Shown here piece by piece: positions 38,001 through 50,000 of a stretch of 64,000 nucleotides of DNA. The DNA is from Asterias rubens (Eukaryota). Made by a program: the position numbers and the translations under genes. Below the pieces are notes generated by a model. The model was not told the DNA's origin and made no database searches. It saw nothing but the letters and a program-made list of their open reading frames with translations. Every line of letters starts with the position of its first letter. Positions within the stretch are counted from its first letter, which is position 1. Where the stretch lies: contig NC_047066.1 in the NCBI RefSeq assembly GCF_902459465.1, forward strand, positions 3,596,001 to 3,660,000, read 5' to 3'.

Positions 38001-41000
38001 GAGCTTAAAGAGAAAAATCAAATGTGATTTTGCTTTAGAAGAACCATTGATTCCATTGCATCAATTATCCCTGGGGTTGCCTTCTGGCTTCTGCTCATGA
38101 TTATTCATTTTTGCCCTCCACTGTAGGGCCACAAGTCAGATGGCCGATGGTCAGAAGGACACTAACTATATGACGTACAAGTTGCATTTCCTTGAAGATT
38201 GCTTTGCAAGCTTTATGACAATATTTGTTACTCTTTAATAAGTCACTTTCATTTTATTCTTTCATCGGGTCACTAGTATAGGTCACTAGGTCAACAATTG
38301 TTAGTCTAATTTCGGCTCTGGGAGCAATTTCCCGCAAAACATGTGCGTGCAATGTCTTTATGTGCGACTAGTTCACAGTGGCGCAAATCTCATGCACTAG
38401 ACTATAGTAGTTAAAAGATTTAGGTACTTTTTGTAACAAAAAACACAATGTCCACAGATTTACATTAAACGTAAAACGTTTGAAGATAATGATAGTAGAA
38501 AGCGTACCTTAAAATATTAGTTGCCGAGGTGCTGTAGTTTTTGAGAAATGAGTAAAACAACGTCATGAAAATACATTTTTACATGGTAAAATAATTTTCA
38601 TCTCATGACAACAGAGACGAAAATTATTTTCATGACAATGTTTTACTCACTTCTCGAAAACTACAGCACCTCTGCAAGTAATACTTTCAGGGAAGCTTTC
38701 TACTATCATTATCTTCAAAGTAAGTTTAGTGTTAATCTGTAGACATTGTGTTTTTTGTCCACGTGACCTTGTTTCAGCCAAACAGAATACAGAACTAGTA
38801 ATAAATAAAACTATAAAGTCACCTTTTGTAGTGCTTTGCCGATGGATTCTCCTAGTGACGCAATATAAGGGGCGGAGCTTCTGCCTACAATTGAGACGCT
38901 CAACGCTTTACCAGCAAAATAAGCAGCCATCTCCATACCTTGTCAACAGAGAGGTACACAAATATAATAATAGTAATAGAACTAGAATCGGGCTACACCT
39001 TGGCCTGTATTTGATTGAGTTATTTCGCAAAATTACAGAGAATTCTCAAAGCACTTTTCAAAAGTCAAGAGAGAAAAACAACGACTGTTGAATACAAAAA
39101 TTATACAAAAATGCATACAATGAAAAATTTAAGTTATTTCACAAAAAGAAATTGTCATCAAAAATAACTTCAACCCTTCACCTAGCTCTTGCACAGTCAG
39201 CGACTTTAAACTGCACTAGAGAGGAGCTTTCATTTTATCATTGGGGAGTGAACTCCAGGGTTCAGGAGATATATACTTTGGTGGTGGCTGGAAAAGGAGT
39301 GAGGAGATTTTGTGAGCCAGAACAAAGATTTCCAGTAGGACATGAGTCATGGATCATTGATGTGATTTTAAACAACTTGGCGCGAATATTAATTGCTTAC
39401 CGATGAACGAGGTACCAATGATGACCACGTTTTTACCCTTGCCTTGCTCAGCGATGTAGTTGGCATCTTCAGGACTCCGTAGTATGCAGACATTCTTCAA
39501 GTCACTGCCTGGAATGTCTAGTACAATCGGGCTGTGGGATAGTCAGCAAGTTTTAAAATCAGACAAAGCGTTTTGGTTTGTTTTTCAGTGAAAAAGGTTG
39601 AATTTCTTGAAACAAGTGAGAATGACTCCAAGAGACCCCCCCCCCCAAAATGGCAATATTTTTCATAAAGTTGAATAAACAGAATGTATTACCTGCAAGT
39701 TGTGCAGGGGTGCATCTACTGTATGTTTGTGTACAAACCTATGTAAAATCCTGAAATTTTGTAAAGCCATGTACAGACCTGTGCAAAAGCTTGAAATGCT
39801 AATATTTGCTTAGTAATCGTTTATGCAGTATTTTCTGCTGAAATCAGGCCAAGATCCCTTGCACGTGACATCGCACTATAAAAAAGGAAGCCCACTTTTC
39901 CGTTGTTTAACGTCAGTACTGGTGGCCTATAAAACAAGAGGGGAAGTAAAGGCTGTATTTGTAGATGAAGTCATCTAAGATTAAAACGTCCTGCTAATGC
40001 AAATGCGATACAAATTTGTACGTCACAGCCTTGCTTTCGCTGTAAATGTTTCGCAGGAGTTCAGCACCTTTCAACTGATGCAAATTATTCGTTGCGATTT
40101 GGTGACGCAAAAATTCGCCAGGCTTCAAACGTTTTCTTACGTTCCCCCAGTAGCAATGAGAAGGGTGTCGAAGTTGACGCTGTTGCCGTTCTTGAAGGTG
40201 ACTGAGTTGAGCAAAGTGTCCACCTCCGTGGCTTCCATACCAGTCTGGACTTCAACATCGTACACATTGTAGAAATCTGGCTTGCGTAGCGCTAACTCCT
40301 CTCCGGATGACGTCAGGGCCTGTTTAAAGGGAAGGTCTACAATTGGTAATCGCCCTTAAAGGCACTGGACACTTTAGGTAATACTCAAAATAATGGTTAG
40401 CAAAAAAAAAAAAAAATTACCTGGTAACAAGCAATGGAGAGCTGTTGATAGTATTGAACATTGCGAGAAACGGCTCCCTCTGAAGTAACATAGGTTTAAT
40501 AAAAGACTCCAGGCCTGATGCCTTTTATTATGCATCTGAAAGCACATAAATTTGTGCAACAAGGGTGTTTTATTTCTTTCAATTATTCTCTTGCAACTTC
40601 GATGACCAATGGAGTCCAAATTTTCCCAGGTTTGTTATTTTATTCATACGTTTGGATACACCAAGTGAGAATACTGGTCTTTGTCAATTACCATTTGTGA
40701 CCAGTGCATTGAAGTCCATGCTTACCTTACTGAGTTTTGTTCTATCATACGGCAGATGTTTCTCTTTTGTTGCTATGACGACTCGACCTTTAAACCCTTC
40801 TTGTCTCAGCGTCTCAACACATGTGGCAGCTGCCCCACCTTGAAAAAACAATAAAAACACCACACAGTCAATAGGGCTCAACCTCATAGAGCTGCTTAAA
40901 GGCAGTGGACACTTTTGGTACTCAAAATAATTATTAGCATAAAACCTTACTTGGTAACGTTTAATGGGGAGAGGTTGATAGTATAAAACATTGTGAGAAA

Positions 41001-44000
41001 TGGCTCCCTCTGAAGTAACATAGTTTTTGAGACAGAAGTAATTTTCCACAAATTAAATTTCGAGACCTCAGATTTAGAATTTGAGGTCTCAAAATCAAGC
41101 ATCTGAAAGCACACAACTTCGTGTGACAAGGGTGTTTTTTCTTTCATTATTATCTCGCAACTTGGATGATCGATTGAGCTCAAATTTTCACAAGTTTGTT
41201 ATTTTATGCAAGTGTTGAGATACACCTAGTGAGAAGACTGGTCTTTTACAATTACTAATAGTGTACAGGGTCTTTAAGCACAGACATTAGATAAGCACAA
41301 CAAAATTATGCTTACCACTGCTTACCAGAATAAGGTTACCAGCTAACACATCAGTTAAGCAGATCTATGAAATTGAGTCCAGGTCTTTTGCCTTGATATA
41401 CATTCCAAACTTGGTGGCAAGCTTGCAATTTGTTTCTGGAAAGCACGCAATACATCCCAAGCTTGCAAGCGTTAGCTTAGCGGCAAGCTCCACCATTAGC
41501 GCATTGGCGAGGTTGCCAGTAAGCATGGACAGCAAGTTTGTCACAAACCATTGCAAGCTTCACCTGCATGTGAGCTTCATATTTGCAACAAGTTGGCATT
41601 TTTGGAACCCAACTTGCCAGAAAGGTTGCTGGCGTACTTCAAGTTACTAGACATGTTTCACTTACATAGCTAGCGCAGAAATTCTGAGCAAAATGGTTAT
41701 CTTAAGCGCAGAATTCTGTGGTAAACAGAGCCAGGTCTCATTTTCAGTCTCGCACCTTCCGCGCTTGGTCTTAAACCTTACCCCCAAAGTATTGGTCTTC
41801 TGTTATCACATACAATACACAAACCTTCAACTTCTGTTTAAATGGTAACACTCTTACCTCCTCCAATGATAAGGATGGTCTTGTCAACTTCAGGGGATTT
41901 GCAGGACATGTTTTTGATTCGTTTGAAGGATTCTAAAGCCTATTACAAAATACAGAATCAAAATAATGTCACAGATTAATCAATACGTTATGTTGCATTG
42001 AGGATAAAGATTGTGTTTTTACCCATTCACCGATGTGTGTAAAGCACTGTACAATCCATACTTTCCAAAGTCTGGTGACAAGAAAAATCCACAGGCATAA
42101 TACTCAGGTGGGATTCGAACCCACAACCTCGAACAGATATCTTACCACCAAACCACTGAGACTGATAGAGATAAATTTGAATCCTATATTTTAGCAATAC
42201 TTTTATGTGCTTAGTAAGTTTTTGTGCTTTCAGGCTTTATGAAATTGGGCCCAGGACGCAAACCCACAATCTGCTGATCAGAAACATCACAGTTTTAGTC
42301 CAGTGTGACTGACCGTTCGACCACAGCAAACTTAGAATCAACAATCTTATAAAAACAACTGACATACCTTCTTTGTGGACGTGACAATGACATCATCACC
42401 ATCAATTCTGACCTGTAGAGCAAGTGAAAAAGAGTCCAGTTTATTTTCTCTCTATATCATTCCTCCTGCCAGTGTGCATGCACTTACAGATTTTAGCTGG
42501 ACGCAGATCCTAACCATACCCCCACCACTACTCCTAACCCTACTTCTTCTCTTAACACCAACCCCAAGTTGTGTTTCCTTTGTCAGGTCATGGTTTGAAT
42601 GTGGCAATTATATTTGCAAACGATAACCCCAGAAGCTAAAAAGTAAAAACAAAAATAGTAGCAACGGTGGGCACGTATTTTCATTTTCTCGGAATACTGA
42701 CCCAAAGTGGTTTATGATAAAAGGAATTTCCAGAGACTAACACCCGTTTCATAAAGGTGCCCCAGAGTCGCGCCAAACCAAATTCAGAATTAAGTACACG
42801 AAAAGTTTGACGCCTGAACAAGAGCTACTGGACAGCTAGGATTTGAAAGATCGACTGTTGCAGTCGTTCGGAACGACTCTGGAGCGCCTTGATTTCAGAC
42901 ATTGATCTTGTCATTAACTAAGCCAATGTAAATATTAAGTTTAGCGTGCCTGTCTGAACCAAAATTTATTTGGGTCGACGTTGAGTCGCTCGTAATCTGT
43001 TTGGTTCGGCACGACTCTGGAGCGCCTGTCTGAAAGGCGTGTAAAGTAACATACATGTAGATCAGTATGGTACGTTTTGGTTGTGTATGTCATGATAGGA
43101 GCAGGACTAACCTCATACTTGGCGACACTATCAAGCCCAGGAAAGTCTTCAATATCACCCGTTGTTGCATTGAAGCAAGCGCCATGCCAAGGGCAACGTA
43201 TCCTTCCATTACACAACACACCTATGAGGAGAGACAACAATACATGTTAAAGGCACTGGACACTATTGGTAAACTCTCAAAATAATTTTTTAGCATAGTA
43301 TAAAACATTGTGACAAACGAGTCTCTCTGAACTACCTTAGTTTTTGAGAAAGATCTGAAAGTGCGCAAATTTGTGCATCAAGGGTGTTTTTCTTTCATTA
43401 ATCTCTTGCAACTTTGATGACCAATCGAGTCAAAATGTGCAGAGATGTGTTCTTTTATGCATATGCTGGGATACACCAAGTAAAAACACTGGTCTTTGGC
43501 AAGTAAGGTGTCTAGTGCCTTTAAAGTAGTTGTGTGTCCTACATGAACTCCAATAGACATGCAGACAAGGGTTAAAAGAAAAGACCTGATTGCACAGCAT
43601 GCAATACATTGTGTACCTTTAACTAGAGGAGCTCCATAATGCGTACATTTGTGACCAATAGCGCTGAATACTCCAAGCTGCTTCACCAGCAGAGCCTTCC
43701 CGCTTCCAACCTCTACCTCTCGCATCCTGAGGGATCACACGGATATAAAACATTACTATTACATACCTACCAAGACATCGATAATTTTTAGCCGAAAATT
43801 CATCTTTTTGGGGGAAATAATCTGATACAATCGTAACCCCACATCAACCAGCAACATCTCATGTGTACCTCATTAGAGTTTGAAGTATACTGAAAGGATT
43901 TTTGATGCATTTTGAAACACTTTTTTGTACACAAATAAATTTCTGCAGTATTTTTCTTTTTCGGGTGGCGATTATGTTATTCGAATAAAAAAAAGGCCTT

Positions 44001-47000
44001 CTTTAAAGATTTTATATTTCTTTTTTTTTGGGGGGTGAGCTTTGAAAAATCTCACGCATAGTTGGCCTCTGAACTTGGCATCTCTGCTACTATTATACAT
44101 TTGGTTTGCGGTAACACCATGTGTGTATCTACTTGACAGGTAGAGTTTGTTCTTAGAGATCTAGCCTGTCTTTCTTTATTCTACTACCGCGGAGAAGATT
44201 TATTAGATTGTTTGGGAGACTTCTCAGTTCTGAAAAGAACTGTCCTGCTTTTTTAACTACTACCGGTACCCGGGTGGAAGGTATAACTGTAGAGATGGCA
44301 AAACTGATACACCTTCCAAGTGTAGAGAGGTGTGTGGATTATCAGTGTTAATTGCCCCCCCCTTTTAATTTTGTAATAGAACTTTGACCCTACCTTTAGA
44401 ATTAATGGATCAGTCCAAGATTGCCACATCAGCAGAGATACTCTGGACAGGATGTTGGTCTGGTCATTCTTATACCAGTGATGACCAGTAACAGACATTA
44501 AAGGAGTTTCTTCTAGATATATATCGTGACAGTGGTTTTTCATTATTCTTTACAGGTATGTTGATTTTATTTTCTTTATTAATTCCATTGTGCTTTTTAA
44601 TAGAACTATCTAGATTATTGAAGTTCATTATTTGATTTGTGTTATGAACTTGATCAAGACAATGTCACTTGAAGACAGTTGGGAGTTTTCACTCCAAGGT
44701 TACAAGATCAAGGAAGGATTTGTTTTAGACTTGGAAGACAGTTGAAATGTAGTTTAGAGTTCCTTTTGTTAAGTCATAATGGACAGTGATAATGATTTGA
44801 TTTAGATGAAGTGAAATTGCTTTCTTTAAATACTGCTTGGACTTTGTTTAGTATTTAAAGGTTACTTTTATTGGCTAAGGTATCACTTTTCTAAGTTTGC
44901 TTTCAAGTGTTAAAGAGTACTTTATTCGTAATATAGACATTCATTACTAGTTTCTGTTTGATGTATTTGTTGGAAAGAACTGTAATGTTCTTTCAGATAT
45001 ATTTTAGTTTGGAAGTATTGTTAACCAGTACTTTGACCGAACTCCACGTATAGAGAATATTGGTAGCCAAAGACCATTGTTTATTGGAGGTTCAAGATCT
45101 TCCTATACTAGACCACACAGTGTGAGCCCAGTGGCTCTGAAGTTGTTTATTGGGTGGTGTTGCAGTAGGGCAGGAAGTGAGATCAGAAGGCAAGAACACA
45201 TACTTTTCTTGTGAATACTTAAGTAGCTGTAGGCAAGAACACCTATTTTCTTGTGAATACTTAAGTAGCTGTAGGTAAGAACACCTATTTTTCTTGTGAA
45301 TATTTAATTAGCTATGCCTTGATCATTTACTGCAGGGACAAGATTGTGATGATTATAGGTTGAACCCCTGTTGAAATGAGTTATTGTGTATGCATTTAAA
45401 GGTGTTTGTTTTATGAAGTTTATTCTTTGAACCATTTTTGAACCGGATTTAGAGATCAGTACATTTAATTTAGTTATTTGTTAGAAGTAAGTTTGAGTTT
45501 TATGCATTACATCTTCAGTAAAGTAAGTACATAGTTTTAAGATTGACAAGTACTTAATGTTTTGATAATGGTTGATGTAACGTGATTCTTATACCAGTGA
45601 TGACCAGTAACAGACATTAAAGGAGTTTCTTCTAGATATATATCGTGACAGTGGTTTTTCATTATTCTTTACAGTGGTCATCAACCCGATTTTAATGTGC
45701 TCCGTTTAGATTGCCAGTTTGGTAATTTGGCGGGTGCAACATTTGGAGGCACGAGAGGGATGAGCGTATTCTTCAACGCACCTGACCTGGCGTAGAAGGA
45801 TGACAACGCTCGTCCAGAGATACGAACCTGATCATCAGTGACTTGCTGACGACTTCCATGACAAGATGAGCAGACAGTAGCGGGAAGGTCAACGTGAGTC
45901 AACTGGACGTGCCATAGTCAGGGTGTACCATCGGCCAGTGGGAGGATCGCCGTACAACGGGATTGCTGCCACACCGAACACGAAGGGCAGTCGCAGACAC
46001 AGAAAGGACCAGCAAGCTATAATAATCATTTAGCATGGAGGACCTCATCAAGACTTTGGAGAGAGTAATCCTTGGACTCAGCAGCCTGTCCATCGACCAA
46101 CTCATCCAAGTATGCACACATCTAGATCTTGAGGCAGAGGACGTGGAGAAAACACCAAAGGGCCGTCTTCGGATACAACGGCGACTACTGGCTCACATTA
46201 ACAGTGAGGAAGTGGAAGACAGTGACGACGGGGGAGTGGAGCTACTCCAGACATTAGACAGCTTCATGAAAGACCTCAAGCAAGAGTCCGAAGATGAACC
46301 AGTCTCCATTGACCCAGCTGAGAAGAAAGACGACCCAAGCAGCCCACCTAAGCTTGAGAGTACAGAGCCCTCAACGACACAGCCGTCTGCAACACCGACC
46401 GATGTGGCCCACTTGCTGAGACGGGAGTTCAGAATATCCGGTCAGATAGGAGAGCCAGGCCAAAAGGATCGTCTTTCCTTTACCAGTCTTGCCAACCAAA
46501 TCGAGGCTGGATTGGAGAAAAGCTACCCAGACAGAGATATCGTTCAAGGAGTGATCCGAGCTATAGCACCAGGATCATCACTCCGAAGCTACCTGGAAGG
46601 ACGAAGTAAGATCTCTCTGCCCAGCCTTCGCCGAATTATAAGAGCACACTACCAGGAGAGAGATGCGACAGATCTCTATAAACAACTCTCCCAGCTGACC
46701 CAAGGAGCCAAGGAGTCGGCCCAGGCTTTCCTGTTAAAGGCATTTGACATTCGTCAAAAGGTCCTTTTTGCTAGCCAGGAAAGTGATTCCAGACTCCGCT
46801 ATGACCCACACCTAGTGCAGGAGATGTTTCGCCATACGATATTGACTGGCTTGAGGAGCGATGCCATCAAGACAGAACTCCGGCCCTACCTGGATGAACC
46901 AAAGACGTCGGACGAATTGCTCTTCGAAAAGATAAATGTGTTCTCCAGCCTAGAAGAAGAAAGACGGCAGAAACGCACCCAAAACAAAGCAACCACAGTG

Positions 47001-50000
47001 AACGAGATCTGTGAAGTAAAGGACAAACAGACCATGCCAGCGAAACCAGGGCTACTGATGACAGAGATTGCAGAGCTGAAAGCAGGGATTGCAGAGCTGA
47101 GTTCATTGAAGGGCCAAGTAGCAGCACTCCAAGAATCTTTCCAGAGGACACCACAACAGCAACCAGCACAATTTGATACATCCTCATCCCGAGTTCGTCG
47201 AGGATGCCACAAGTGTCAAGAAGCGGGAACCGGTTCTGACTGTGACCACTGCTTCAAGTGTGGGTCATCAGAACACTTTGCTCGTGGATGTCGGAGAAGC
47301 AGAGACCGTACACACCAGGGAAACGGTTCAGGGTTACGTCCGCGGGACAGGGAGTAGCCAGGAGAGAAAGACAGTCCCAACCACACCAGCAGGATCGAGA
47401 CCCCCGACCCATAACTTCAATATGCCACATCACACCCAGACAGCATCGGAAGGTGACAAACCTCATCGGACCAAGATGTACCGTAGATTGCTACCTCAAT
47501 AATGCATCTACCACTGTGTTATGGGATACCGGAGCCCAGGTTTCCTTAATCAGTTCACAGTGGCTTCACCAAAACCTACCAAATGAACCAATCCGCCCCC
47601 TTTGTGATCTTCTTCAGTCCGAGAGGAACTTGGATCTCCGAGCTGCTAACGACACACCAATCCCCTTTGAAGGCTGGATTGAACTCGAGTTAAGAATGAA
47701 GACGCCTCGGACGTGCACACCAGTAGTGTTTCCAGCATTGATCACTCAAAATAGGATCCAACAACCGATTATTGGATACAATGTGATCGAGACCCTTGTA
47801 CATCACTCAGGTGAAGACGCCAGCAGTATTCTTGGAGGAGCAATGAAGAACTTGGAACCCACTAGAGCTGTAAAGTTGGTTCACTTGATTCAGGCTAATG
47901 ATCCAGAAGAAGTCTGCAGTGTCATATCAGGGAGGCAGAACATTATGATACCCAAACACAGCAACTTTGGTATTCGATGTTTGGCACGAGCTGGCTTGAC
48001 AAACGGCAAGATAGAAGGACTGTTCGTACCAGACGTTGAACAGCAATGGCCGGAAGGTCTTCAGGTAGAGGAATCAGTGGTGAATCTCAAAACAGGTACG
48101 GCGACCCCAGTCGTAATCCGAGTGACGAACTCCACAGACCGAGACATCATGTTGAAACGACGTAGTCTGTTGGGCCACATACAGCTTGTCAATTCAGTAT
48201 GCCCCATGGAACCCTCTATGCTGAAGACATGGACACCATCACCCAAGCAAGGAGAAACCACTGTTTCCAGTATCTCCACCGAGGAGGAATGGATTCCCCC
48301 TGTTAATCTGAGTCATCTGACAACCTCACAGAGGTCTGCTGCTGAGAAGCTTCTTCGAGAGGAGTCGGCCGCTTTTGCCAAAGATGACTCGGATCTGGGA
48401 CGTGTCCCCAACTTGAAGATGGAGATTCGGCTACGTGATGAGGAACCCGTCAGAAAAACGTACATGTCAATGCCCCGCCCACTGTACCAGGAAGTCCGGA
48501 CGTACCTAGCAGACCTAATCAGCCGTGACTGGATCAGGAAGTCTTCTTCTCCGTACTCATCACCAGTAGTGTGTGTTCGGAAAAAGGATGGAAGTCTCAG
48601 ACTCTGTGTTGACTACCGAGAGTTAAACCAGAAAACCATTCCTGATCGTCAGCCAATCCCTCGAATCAAGGACGTGTTGGACAGCCTAGGCGGCAACCAA
48701 TGGTTTTCAACCCTCGACCAAGGTAAAGCATATCACCAGGGTTTTATGTCAGAGCAAAGTTGTCCACTCACAGCTTTCATCACACCTTGGGGACTTTACG
48801 AATGGGTCAGGATTCCATTTGGGTTGACAAATGCACCAGCAGTTTTCCAGCGATTTATGGAGACTTGCCTTGATGGACTCAATGGTGAAATTGCCATGAC
48901 CTACCTTGACGATGTTTTGGTGTTTAGCGACAACTTTCAAGCCCACCTTGATCATCTTCGGCAGGTCCTGAAGCGTTTACAGAAGCATGGTGTAAAGTTA
49001 AGACCCAACAAGTGCGAGTTCTTTCAAAGTGAAGTACGCTACCTGGGTCGACTGGTATCAGCAGAAGGTCATCGACTTGATCCATCCGACATATCTGCTG
49101 TTCGGTCCCTCAGCGAAAAGCGACCAGAGACTGTTGGAGATGTCAGGAAGTTACTTGGACTACTGGGCTACTACCGCAGTTACATCCAGGACTTTTCTCG
49201 CATCGCACGACCATTATATGACCTACTGAAAGTGACACCGAGTGAGGAGCAAACGACCCAGAAACTCAAAGCCAAGGGAAAAGCAAGCTCGAAGATGAAG
49301 TCTGCGCAGAAGCTTTCGAAACAGAAAGTGGAGTGGAAGGATCCTCATCAAAAGATACTTGAGGAGATTCTTGGGTTTCTTATGGCACCACCAATCATGG
49401 CCTTTCCAGACTACAATGAGCCGTTTGTAGTTCACACTGATGCATCGAATGATGGACTGGGTGCAGTACTTTACCAACGACAGAAGGGGAAGATGAGAGT
49501 CATCGCATATGGGTCCCGTACCCTCAGCCCGGCGGAGAAAAACTATCATTTCCATTCTGGTAAGCTGGAATTTATGGCACTAAAATGGGCAGTGACCGAT
49601 AAATTCAGAGACTACTTGTACTACTCATCCGCTTTCACCGTGTTCACCGACAATAATCCCTTGACATATGTGTTGACTTCTGCCCGGCTGAATGCAACAG
49701 GTCATCGATGGGTGGCGGAGCTAGCAGACTTCAATTTCAACATAAAGTACCGCCCTGGAAAGAGCAATGCAGATGCAGACACCCTCTCGAGATTACCACT
49801 GGACATGGAGAACTACATGAGAACATGTACGACAGAAGTCTCCCAGGCAGAATTGGAGACCACAGTCCATGCCATCGAAGCTCAGAGTCAAGGAACCGTC
49901 ACATGGGCTTCTGCGATCACCACTGATCCTGAGACGTTGCTACCTACCACATTACCAGGTAATCAAATGTTCAGTAAACGTGATGTACAGCGTGCGCAGA

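Noticed and set aside
44253-44543. Duplicated minus-strand [17 protein letters not shown]... (also 52334-52666)
   Set aside because: Duplicated only because it lies in the LTR. Its length depends on flanking DNA and it shows no protein motif.
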